A DNA stretch of 41,907 bases from an uncultured Armatimonadia bacterium (lineage in GTDB: Bacteria > Armatimonadota > Zipacnadia > Zipacnadales > UBA11051), in NCBI GenBank assembly GCA_964498775.1, contig CAZCJS010000003.1:1-41907 (forward strand), written 5' to 3'. A model generated the notes under the pieces. That model was not told where the DNA came from and did not search any database. It saw only the letters and a list, made by a program, of their open reading frames with translations. Below are positions 1 through 8,120 of the stretch, one piece after another. Every line of letters begins with the position of its first letter. The first letter of the stretch is position 1. A program made the position numbers and the translations under genes.

Positions 1-1
1 G

Positions 2-313
2 GGCGAAGCCCTCGCGGCGATCGAGCGTGATCCACCCGACCTCATCGTACTCGATGTGGTGCTGCCCAACATGGACGGCTATGAGGTCCTCAATTGGATG
101 CAGGCGGAGCCGGAGCACCGCAGAATCCCGGTCGTCATTTTCACCGCGCAAACCGAGCACATAGACATGCGCAAGCTGAGACATGCAGGCCCGATCAGGT
201 ACGCCATCAAGCCGATCTCCGCCAGGCAGTTGGTTGATGTTGTGAAGCGCACCGAGGAATGTGCGACGGCGCAGGCCGTCGCAGCGCCGGCAATTGCGGC
301 GTCCGGTCAATAG
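2..313 (+). CDS. Response-regulator receiver (CheY-like REC) protein, 5' end cut by window edge
   Basis: The frame is open to the window edge. The translation GEALAAIERDPPDLIVLDVVLPNMDGYEVL...RRIPVVIFTAQ...AIKPISARQL shows the REC phospho-acceptor Asp context (LIVLDxxLP), the conserved T (FTAQ) and Lys-Pro (IKP). It has an Ala/Pro-rich tail and no output domain. The stop is at 311-313. Confidence 0.8.
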   Translation, partial: GEALAAIERDPPDLIVLDVVLPNMDGYEVLNWMQAEPEHRRIPVVIFTAQTEHIDMRKLRHAGPIRYAIKPISARQLVDVVKRTEECATAQAVAAPAIAASGQ

Positions 314-356
314 CAAAATCATCAAACGGAAACTGAACGGGAAGAGAAATGCCAAG

Positions 357-391
357 GGGGAAGGCCCTTATTAGCAGGCCTTCCCCTTTTT
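357..391 (+). terminator. Rho-independent terminator hairpin between convergent genes
   Basis: GGGGAAGGCC (357-366) pairs perfectly with GGCCTTCCCC (377-386), with a 10-nt loop, followed by TTTTT (387-391). It lies between the REC gene (+) and the Gfo/Idh/MocA gene (-). Confidence 0.7.
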
Positions 392-414
392 AGCATCTGT
401 AAGCAGGAGACGGA

Positions 415-1590
415 CTACTCAGATTTGTACGGCACGCCGGGCGGCTCGTCTTCGGGGAGGCCGACGACATCCCAAAAATGCGTGCCGGTGTAAGGCGCCG
501 TGCGCAAGTCGGGAATGGTGAGCGGCTGGCCGCCGAGTTCCGCTGACTTGTTGGCAATGATGCCGGGCAGGCAGAACTCAATGCCACGGTAGATGTCAAT
601 GGGAGCCGGGGCGCCGGCAAGAATGGCATTGGTGAAATGGCGAGCGGTCTGGCTGTCAGTGCCGCCATGGCCGGCGCTGGTATCAGTGCCCTTATGCGCA
701 GGGCCGATGTCCACTCGCTGCCAGCCGTCGGCCTCCTCGTGCTCGCGCCCGAAGAAGCGGCAGTAACCCTCATAGCTGAAATACTCGCAGGCGCCCTCAG
801 TGCAGAAGAGACGGTAGCGATGCTCCGACGGCCTGCGGGTATTCAGCGTCACGAGAATCCGGATGAGCGCCCCCTTCGCCGTCTCGAATAGGGCATACTG
901 ACCGTCGGCGCGCAAGGGGGCTTCGGTGGAACGCCACGGCCCGCTCTTGCAGGTTACCGAGACTACGCGGTCATCGAGGACTTCCAGGATAGGTCCGAGA
1001 TCATGGGTGAGATACTGGATCGGCGGCTGATCCGCACGCCATACGGGCACACAGTCGGTGCGGCCCTCGGCCTTGACCTGGCTCGGGGTGTAGGTCGTGC
1101 TGTCCGGTGCGCGCATCGTGTGGGGCAAGTAGTGGAGGTACTCCGCTTCGGCCAGCGACACGGGGCCCATGCGGTCCTCGATGAGCCACTTGCGCCAGTA
1201 GCGCAGGAAGTCGAGGAAGCAGGAGTTCTCGGCAAGCATGTAGGTCATACCCGTGCGCTGGACGGTGTCGCGCATATGGATCAGCTCTTCCTCGGTAAAG
1301 GCGCCGGGCACTTCGGAGAGCACGTGGCAACCGGCTTCCATAGCCTGGAGGGCGGCCGCCGCCTGTTGGCGACCGTTGCAGGCCAGCACCACGGCATCCG
1401 GTTTCATCTCCAGCAGATCATCGAAGCGGCTGACTAGTGTGGCGGGGTCGAGGAACTCAGCAGCTCGTTCGCGGCGCAGCTCGTACCAGTCGGCGGCGCC
1501 GATGACGTGTGCATTGTCCAGCGACTTGAAGTTGCGCACATGTGTGATACCGCGGCCCAGACCGAGGATTCCGACCTTCAACTTGTCCAT
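415..1590 (-). CDS. Gfo/Idh/MocA family NAD(P)-dependent oxidoreductase
   Basis: 391 aa. The N-terminal Rossmann motif is KVGILGLGRG, followed by ...AVVLACNG...AMEAGCHVLSEVP..., typical of the family. AGGAGG lies 7 nt upstream of the ATG at 1590. Confidence 0.85.
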   Translation of the reverse strand: MDKLKVGILGLGRGITHVRNFKSLDNAHVIGAADWYELRRERAAEFLDPATLVSRFDDLLEMKPDAVVLACNGRQQAAAALQAMEAGCHVLSEVPGAFTEEELIHMRDTVQRTGMTYMLAENSCFLDFLRYWRKWLIEDRMGPVSLAEAEYLHYLPHTMRAPDSTTYTPSQVKAEGRTDCVPVWRADQPPIQYLTHDLGPILEVLDDRVVSVTCKSGPWRSTEAPLRADGQYALFETAKGALIRILVTLNTRRPSEHRYRLFCTEGACEYFSYEGYCRFFGREHEEADGWQRVDIGPAHKGTDTSAGHGGTDSQTARHFTNAILAGAPAPIDIYRGIEFCLPGIIANKSAELGGQPLTIPDLRTAPYTGTHFWDVVGLPEDEPPGVPYKSE

Positions 1591-1623
1591 TTATGCTCCT
1601 CCTGATAGCAAAAAAGTCACCGA

Positions 1624-2979
1624 TTACTGGCGGACGAAGACTACCCGCCTCTCTATCTGCTTGACGATGGTCACCAGCCATCCTGCCGCCATCCAAGCCC
1701 TTGCCTGCACGTGGGACGTGTCAGCGGACTGCTCGTTGGCCCACCATTCGCGGTACTTGTGCGCCGATGGCGGCAACTCGGCTCCCAGTATACTCTCAAT
1801 CTGCCCAAAGGTCAGCGTGACTCTGCGCTTCTCCGGGGGTAACTTGCCCAAGTACTCAGACAGCGGATAGTACTTGCTCTTCGGGCTTATCTCTACAGGT
1901 TCGGTGGGCCTGTCAGAAGCGATCACATGAATCGCTGAGTCGGTGACGCAGTTGTTCGCGATGACATGACGCGACAGGTCCGGCCCGGCGGAAATCGCGG
2001 GCCCCGCCGTGATGTCCTCGATGACATTGCCGGTCACGACGCAGTCCCTGGCATCGCCCAGGTCAATCCCCTTCTGGCCGTCCTCATAGACACTCTGGCG
2101 GATGACGTTTCCGGAGATCACATGCGCGCCCGAACCGTGCGCATCGCGAATTGTGATCGCGCCGTCGCAGTTGGCCGTCATCATGTTGCCCGAAACCGTC
2201 AGTCCCCGGTTGTCGCCTTCCATCAGCACGCCGGTGGGGCAGTGTACATAATTGCCGTCAATGATGATGTCGCGACAGCCCGTCGCCTTGATACCTGTCA
2301 CGAAGCCCTCGATGGTGTTGTTGGCGATGACATGCTGGGCAGTGCCGTCAAGGATGATCGCCTCAGCGTGCCCGTAGGCGATGTGATTGTTGACGATACG
2401 CACCTCACGGCAGTTGCTACCGATGTAGATATGCTCGTCCTGCTGCTGGCCGTCCTGTGCACTCCGCGTCTGATTCCCATGGAAGGTGAGATGATGGAGA
2501 TTATCGGCATGCAGGGCGCGCTTGCAGTCCCGCATCCAGCAGTCGCGGATCGTGACGTTGGTGGCCTTGGGAGTAACGACGATAGCGCATCCGCCGAAGC
2601 CGTAGAAGAAGCAGCTATCAACCATTGTGTCATTAGGCCATAGCAAATGAAACGCGTCGCCGGAGTCGTAATTGCCCACTAAGGTCAGATCGCGAATGGT
2701 GATCTTGAGGTCCGGCCACCAGCTATCCTCGACGCCTGAAAGCTGCAGCAAGTGGCTGCCGTCGCTGGCGGTGAAGTTTAGGACCGTAGCGCGGCCGTCA
2801 CCATAGATGTGGAGGTGTTGCCTGTCGGCCAGCGCGACGGTGATGGTCCTATCAATCTCATACTTGCCGGCCGGGATGTAGACTGCACCGCCGCTTTCAG
2901 GCACCATGTCCAGTGCCTTCTGCAAGTCGCCAACCTCTGCAGCGTCAATCGTCGGCCCGCGCGCGAGTATCTTCATCAT
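1624..2979 (-). CDS. Right-handed parallel beta-helix (pectate-lyase/tailspike-like) protein with an ~85-aa uncharacterised C-terminal module
   Basis: 451 aa with no signal peptide. The N-terminus GGAVYIPAGKYEIDRTITV resembles the pectate-lyase-superfamily start. Repeated V/I-x-G-N and I-x-x-N rungs are present (IRDLTLVGN, IVNNHI, IANNTIEG, IIDGNYV, VSGNMM, ISGNVI, VTGNVIE, IANNCV). The C-terminal YYPLSEYLG...VTLTFGQIESILGAELPPSAHKYREWWANE...ARAWMAAGW...VVFVR is a separate small domain. GGAG lies 7 nt upstream of the ATG. Confidence 0.7.
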   Translation of the reverse strand: MMKILARGPTIDAAEVGDLQKALDMVPESGGAVYIPAGKYEIDRTITVALADRQHLHIYGDGRATVLNFTASDGSHLLQLSGVEDSWWPDLKITIRDLTLVGNYDSGDAFHLLWPNDTMVDSCFFYGFGGCAIVVTPKATNVTIRDCWMRDCKRALHADNLHHLTFHGNQTRSAQDGQQQDEHIYIGSNCREVRIVNNHIAYGHAEAIILDGTAQHVIANNTIEGFVTGIKATGCRDIIIDGNYVHCPTGVLMEGDNRGLTVSGNMMTANCDGAITIRDAHGSGAHVISGNVIRQSVYEDGQKGIDLGDARDCVVTGNVIEDITAGPAISAGPDLSRHVIANNCVTDSAIHVIASDRPTEPVEISPKSKYYPLSEYLGKLPPEKRRVTLTFGQIESILGAELPPSAHKYREWWANEQSADTSHVQARAWMAAGWLVTIVKQIERRVVFVRQ

Positions 2980-3098
2980 AACCGGCTCCCTTGCCGGAAG
3001 AGTAGAGCACGGTGCGCAATTCGCCTTCAGAGGGCGTTACCCCTGCATCGGAAGGGGGGTGAGAGAGGCCGACCTCAGCGCGGCCCCTTGAGAAGGGC

Positions 3099-4214
3099 TC
3101 ACTGCTGCAATCTGACGATGACCTCGTAGAGGTACTCGGCGCTTGCCGCCATCTTGGGCACGTCGAGTGTTTCGTCGAGTGTATGTGCAGTGGCGGCACC
3201 CGTCGGCATGATGATGGCCGGAATGCCGCGCTCGTTGAAGACATTCGCATCGCTGCCTCCGCCGCCTCGGAGTGTCTCCGCCTTGTGGCCCAGGTCGGCT
3301 GCGACCTCAAGTGCCACCGCGACCAGGGGATGGTCGTCGGGGAGGTCAAAGGCATGGTAGGAGTGGGGTTCCTCGACTTGGAGAAGTGCGCCGACCTGTT
3401 CGCAAGCTGCCTCCATGCAGGAACGCATGTGGGCGACCTGAGCGCTGAGTTTGTCGGCGTCATGGCTCCGCGCTTCGGCCTGGACAGTGCATGAGGGAGG
3501 AATAATGTTGCGCGCCTCGCCTCCGGAGATGATGCCGACGTTGGCGGTTGTGCGCTCGTCTATGCGTCCCAGCTCCATGTCGGCGATGGCAATTGCCGCA
3601 GCTTGAATGGCGCTGATGCCCTTCTCGGGACAGACACCTGAGTGCGCAGCCTCGCCAGTGATAGTGTATGTTATGCGTACGGCGGAGGGAGCCGCCGTAT
3701 AGACGGCGAAATCCTGACCGCCGTCGAGTACCAGCGCATAGTCGGCATGGAAGCTATCATAGTCCATGTTCCTCGCGCCGGTGAGGCCGGTTTCTTCGGC
3801 TATGGTGAAGACGATGTGGATATCGCCATGTGATGGGTTCTCCTTGATGAGCTTGCGGACGACGGCCAGGATGATGGCGAGGCCGGCCTTGTCATCTGCA
3901 CCGAGGATGGTATCACCGGCGCTGGAGATGATGTCGCCTTCGCGGACCGGCTGAATACCAGACCCGGGCTTGACTGTGTCCATGTGAGCGTTTAGCATGA
4001 TTGCGGGCAGACCCTCAGCGGATGCCGGTATGGTCGCCCAGAGGTTCCCGACCTGGCCGTCAATGGGTTTGCCGGCCTCATCGAAGTGCACGGCCAGGCC
4101 GATGTCACGGAGTCGCTCGATGAGCAACATCGCCAGCTTGAGCTCCTGGCCGGAGAGGCTATCTATACGCACCAACTCACAGAATTCGTCGGCAATTGCT
4201 TCGGCATCAAACAT
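3099..4214 (-). CDS. M20 family metallopeptidase (peptidase T-like tripeptidase)
   Basis: Metal-ligand motifs NAHMDTV, GADDKAG, TIAEETG and the C-terminal GGGSDAN are present. I chose the start at ATG 4214 (MFDAEAIADEF...) because AGGAGG sits 7 nt upstream. The ORF-track start at 4238 adds 8 aa without an RBS. Confidence 0.8.
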   Translation of the reverse strand: MFDAEAIADEFCELVRIDSLSGQELKLAMLLIERLRDIGLAVHFDEAGKPIDGQVGNLWATIPASAEGLPAIMLNAHMDTVKPGSGIQPVREGDIISSAGDTILGADDKAGLAIILAVVRKLIKENPSHGDIHIVFTIAEETGLTGARNMDYDSFHADYALVLDGGQDFAVYTAAPSAVRITYTITGEAAHSGVCPEKGISAIQAAAIAIADMELGRIDERTTANVGIISGGEARNIIPPSCTVQAEARSHDADKLSAQVAHMRSCMEAACEQVGALLQVEEPHSYHAFDLPDDHPLVAVALEVAADLGHKAETLRGGGGSDANVFNERGIPAIIMPTGAATAHTLDETLDVPKMAASAEYLYEVIVRLQQ

Positions 4215-4363
4215 TGATCTTCCTCCTGCGTTCGCCACGGTCTGATGTTACTGACAGGCAAGCAGCCGGTCAGTCTGCGAACGCTTGCTGTTCCTATAGA
4301 CTGTAATCAGTTGATGGACGCACACGCTATGTTACGGCATTCGGCCCATCGGAATCAAATCAA

Positions 4364-5506
4364 ATGAAAATTATCCTCCTGGCAGCAGACTTTCCGCCGT
4401 CGCTGGGCGGGATACAGCAGTATGTGCTATCGCTGGCCCGCGCGCTGGATGAGTGCGGACAAGACGTGCATCTGGTGGCGACTGTACAGCCGGGTAGTGA
4501 CGAATTCGATGCGGGGCTTAGGGTGCCGGTAGTACGCGTCGCAGCGAGAAGCAAGTGGGATATCTGGCAGAAGATGAGGGGAGCGGCGATTGAGTTGGCG
4601 GGCGGAAGCCCGGGAGCCGTGGTCACGGCGACGAAATGGTTCCCGGAGGGCCCGGCAGCGATGCAGGCGGCGAGAAGTCTGGGCGGCGTCAGTGCGATGA
4701 TCGGCTACGACCGGGAATTTGCGCTCCATGGCTTCAATGTCATCAAATGGGGTATGCAGAGGTACGTCCTGGGGGGCTGTGACATTGCGTATGGCATAAC
4801 TGGCTTTGCTGCGGATGGGCTGCTGCGGATGGGTGCGGAGAGTTCAAAGATACACCGACTTGGTGGAGGAGTGGACAGCCAACGGTTCTACCCGGACACA
4901 GAGGCGGCGGAGCGTTTGCGTGCCGAGCTGCAACTGCAGGCACAGCCGGTGATTTGCACGGTTTCGCGGCTGGCGCGGCACAAAGGCCATCCGTATGTGC
5001 TGCAAGCGCTGCGGCAGGTTATCGAGAAGCTTCCTGAGACTCACTACGTGATCGTCGGAGAGGGTCCCTACCGGCCGGAGCTTGACCGCATCGTGGAGCA
5101 ATACAATGTCGGTGAGCATGTCACATTCGCCGGACGGGTATCTGATGAGCAATTGCGCGCCTACTACACCATGGCCGACATTATGGCAATGCCGAGCTTT
5201 GACATCCCGGGGCATCCCAATGAGGGCCTGGGGCTGACATACCTCGAGGCCAACGCCTGTGGGACTCCGGTTATCGGTGCGGACAGCGGCGGGGTCTCTG
5301 AGACCATAGCAGACGGCGTATCGGGTCTGCTGGTGCCGCCGCGCGATCACCGAGCGCTTGCTGAGGCGCTTTTGAAGCTGCTGCAGGATGCGGAATATGC
5401 AGCGAAGCTGGGGGAATACGGACGCCGGCGGGTGTTGGAGGACTTTTCATGGCCTCGGGTAGCGGAGCGTTTTGTGAATGCAGTAAGCACGACGGGCAGT
5501 CAGTAG
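4364..5506 (+). CDS. Glycosyltransferase family 4 (GT-B fold, PimA/RfaG-like)
   Basis: 380 aa. The N-terminus MKIILLAADFPPSLGGIQQYV and the C-terminal region ...RLARHKG...VIVGEGPYR...FAGRVSDE...MPS...EGLGLTYLEANACGTPVIG...GGVSETI carry the GT4 E-x7-E region. Confidence 0.85.
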   Translation: MKIILLAADFPPSLGGIQQYVLSLARALDECGQDVHLVATVQPGSDEFDAGLRVPVVRVAARSKWDIWQKMRGAAIELAGGSPGAVVTATKWFPEGPAAMQAARSLGGVSAMIGYDREFALHGFNVIKWGMQRYVLGGCDIAYGITGFAADGLLRMGAESSKIHRLGGGVDSQRFYPDTEAAERLRAELQLQAQPVICTVSRLARHKGHPYVLQALRQVIEKLPETHYVIVGEGPYRPELDRIVEQYNVGEHVTFAGRVSDEQLRAYYTMADIMAMPSFDIPGHPNEGLGLTYLEANACGTPVIGADSGGVSETIADGVSGLLVPPRDHRALAEALLKLLQDAEYAAKLGEYGRRRVLEDFSWPRVAERFVNAVSTTGSQ

Positions 5507-5530
5507 GAGCATAACCAGGGAGTTGGTACT

Positions 5531-5761
5531 ATGGCCGGGAAAAATGTGTGTCGCTGGTATGATGAGACCTCCGGCATCAAGCGGGCGTATGATGCGGGGA
5601 AGATAGACTTCCACTGGATTGAGGACTATTGCTTCAAGGGCGGGAAGGACTGCGTCCGGAAGCAGCGCTGGGAAGGGGAAGGCTATGTGTCGCCCGATTG
5701 GGTCATGCCTGACGGTACGGTGGACGAAGGCGTCAAGGCATGGCTGACAGGCAAGCAGTGA
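5531..5761 (+). CDS. Small conserved-looking hypothetical protein (76 aa, 3 Cys, Trp/Asp-rich)
   Basis: AGGGAG lies about 9 nt upstream of the ATG. The gene starts 24 nt after the GT4 stop on the same strand. Its composition is not antisense-like (few Arg runs). I recognise no family. Confidence 0.5.
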   Translation: MAGKNVCRWYDETSGIKRAYDAGKIDFHWIEDYCFKGGKDCVRKQRWEGEGYVSPDWVMPDGTVDEGVKAWLTGKQ

Positions 5762-5819
5762 AGCAACAGTACCGGGTCTGCTCAGGAGTAACGGAGTTGA
5801 GAAGGGGGCGAGATGGCAA

Positions 5820-6893
5820 ATGCACTATATGCTGACGATACCCGCAGGGGCATTTCATACGATCGCTGCACCGGAGCACTGCGCGTGGCCGAACCTGACG
5901 CTGCTGCCAAATGGCGAAATCGGAGCGGTCATCTTCAACCAGCCAAGCCATGGGAGACTTGAGGGGGATGTCGAACTGTGGGTGAGCGGCGACGGGGGCG
6001 ACACCTGGCAGATGCGTAGCCAGATAACAGAACACGCGCCAGGCACGGTGCGGATGAATGTGGCGGCCGGACTTGATCAGGATGGGGAAATCGTGGTGCT
6101 GTGCTCCGGCTGGGACCTGGCGAAAGGCACTGATGAATGGCCCTATGGCCCGTGCCTGCTGCCGCAAGCACGCATTTCCAGCGATAACGGTCATACGTGG
6201 GAGGTCGGGGGGGAGGTGCAGCCGCCAACGGAAAAAGGCCGCTCCACGATCCCCTTCGGTGACATCGTTATCAGCGGGGATGAGCTGGCGACGAGTGTGT
6301 ATCATGGCGATAACGCAACCTGGAATCAATCGTGGTTGATACGCAGCCGGGACGGAGGCCGCACATGGGGCGATGCCACGTGCATCGGCGGCGACAACCA
6401 CGATGAGACGGCGCTGGTGATTACCCGGAGCGGGCGCTGGCTGGCTGCGCTGCGGATGCTCTACGGTCTCAGACCTGAGCAGGCGGCAGGCACCGCGCGG
6501 TCAGGGACGCCCCTGATTCTCCACAGTTCGAGCGACGCGGGCCGCAACTGGGAGGTACGCCAATACCTGAGCCTGCCGGGACAGGTGCCCGGCCATCTGC
6601 TTGAGCTTGCCGACGGAACGATCCTGCTCACCTGCGGGAGTCGCATGGAGGAGTTCCGCGGAGTTGTCGGGCGTGTGAGTGCAGACGACGGCGAGACCTG
6701 GTCGCGGCCTTTCAATCTCGTGGGGGGCTTCCTGCCTGGCAGCGACCACGGCTATCCGTCCAGTGTCCAGTTGCCGAGCGGCGAGATAGTGACCGCCTAC
6801 TACTGCAGTACGGCACCGTGGTACCAGCGCTATCACATGGGCGTTGTGCGCTGGAAGTTGGAGATGGCTAAAGTGCTAATGCCGAGAGGCTAG
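5820..6893 (+). CDS. BNR/Asp-box repeat beta-propeller protein (sialidase-like), no signal peptide
   Basis: Asp-box motifs (S-x-D-x-G-x-T-W): SGDGGDTW, SSDNGHTW, SRDGGRTW, SSDAGRNW, ADDGETW. The N-terminus is not hydrophobic. An alternative in-frame ATG lies at 5829. Confidence 0.8.
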   Translation: MHYMLTIPAGAFHTIAAPEHCAWPNLTLLPNGEIGAVIFNQPSHGRLEGDVELWVSGDGGDTWQMRSQITEHAPGTVRMNVAAGLDQDGEIVVLCSGWDLAKGTDEWPYGPCLLPQARISSDNGHTWEVGGEVQPPTEKGRSTIPFGDIVISGDELATSVYHGDNATWNQSWLIRSRDGGRTWGDATCIGGDNHDETALVITRSGRWLAALRMLYGLRPEQAAGTARSGTPLILHSSSDAGRNWEVRQYLSLPGQVPGHLLELADGTILLTCGSRMEEFRGVVGRVSADDGETWSRPFNLVGGFLPGSDHGYPSSVQLPSGEIVTAYYCSTAPWYQRYHMGVVRWKLEMAKVLMPRG

Positions 6894-6940
6894 CAAGACC
6901 GGGTCCGCGATAGTACAAATACAAAGGAGACGGAGAGACA

Positions 6941-8044
6941 ATGGGATATTCGCTACAGATGCCGGAAGGCGCGTTTCACACGATTACTGCACCTGAGTAC
7001 TGTGCGTGGCCGAACCTGACGCTGCTGCCGAACGGAGACATCAGCGCAGTGGTACACAACAAGCCCAGTCATGCGGGGATGGAAGCAGATGTGGAACTAT
7101 GGGTCAGCTCCGACGGCGGAGACACCTGGGCTCAACGCAGCCAGATCACGCACCACGAGCCGAATACGATCCGAATGAATGTAGCCGCCGGCCTCAACAG
7201 CAAGGGGGAGTTGATCGTACTGTGCGCAGGGCATAACCGCGATCCCGAAACGGGAGGGCTGGCGGGGACGCCCTTCTCCATCATCTCCTGCCTGTCGAGC
7301 GACAATGGGTACTCGTGGGAAGAGACGTCGGAAGCGCCGCCACCGCCGGGCATCGAGCGAGCCACGCCTTTCGGCGATATCGTCATCAACGGCGACGAGC
7401 TGCTGGTCGGCTACTATACGAGCATCAAAGCCGAGGGCAAGCCGCCGGACGGCAGCTGCCACGTGCTGCGCAGTATTGATGACGGGCGGACCTGGGAATA
7501 CGCGGCCACCATTGCCGAGAAGGGCCGCACCGAGACCGCATTGTTCAAAGCCGCTAACGGGACACTGCTGGCAGGAGCGAGAACCAGCTTGGGGCCGACG
7601 GCGCGGACCGACATCCCGGGCAGCAACTCCGAACCGGCGCTGGTGATGCACATGTCGCATGACAGTGGGCGCACCTGGGAAGAGCGCTACTACCTGGCAA
7701 ACCCGATGCAGCATCCGGCGGACTTCCTGCAACTGGCCGACGGCAACATCCTGCTCACCTTCGGCAGCCGCCTGGAGGAGCTGTACGGCGTCATCGGGCG
7801 GCTCAGTGATGATAACGGCGAGACCTGGTCGCGGCCTTTCGTGCTCATCGGCGGCCTGATGCACCGCGATTGCGGCTATCCGTCGAGCGTGCAACTAGAT
7901 AACGGTGAGATAGTGACGGCTTATTACGCGAAGTCAGCACCGTGGTATCAGCGCTACCACATGGGCGTGTTGCGCTGGCGAGTGGAGATGGTGGATGCGA
8001 AGATGGGCAGCGTCTGGGGTTACGACCGGGAGAAGAAGGACTGA
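6941..8044 (+). CDS. BNR/Asp-box repeat beta-propeller protein (sialidase-like), tandem paralog of 5820-6893
   Basis: Asp boxes SSDGGDTW, SSDNGYSW, IDDGRTW, SHDSGRTW, DDNGETW. It is colinear with the upstream gene, with roughly half or more of residues identical by eye. GGAG RBS (caaaGGAGacggagagacaATG). Confidence 0.8.
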   Translation: MGYSLQMPEGAFHTITAPEYCAWPNLTLLPNGDISAVVHNKPSHAGMEADVELWVSSDGGDTWAQRSQITHHEPNTIRMNVAAGLNSKGELIVLCAGHNRDPETGGLAGTPFSIISCLSSDNGYSWEETSEAPPPPGIERATPFGDIVINGDELLVGYYTSIKAEGKPPDGSCHVLRSIDDGRTWEYAATIAEKGRTETALFKAANGTLLAGARTSLGPTARTDIPGSNSEPALVMHMSHDSGRTWEERYYLANPMQHPADFLQLADGNILLTFGSRLEELYGVIGRLSDDNGETWSRPFVLIGGLMHRDCGYPSSVQLDNGEIVTAYYAKSAPWYQRYHMGVLRWRVEMVDAKMGSVWGYDREKKD

Positions 8045-8120
8045 GGCGGGCGGAGGCGGACCCTGCGTGCAACCTTTTCGGCACTGGGTGTTCTAATGAT
8101 AGAAGCCTGGATCTTGAGTA

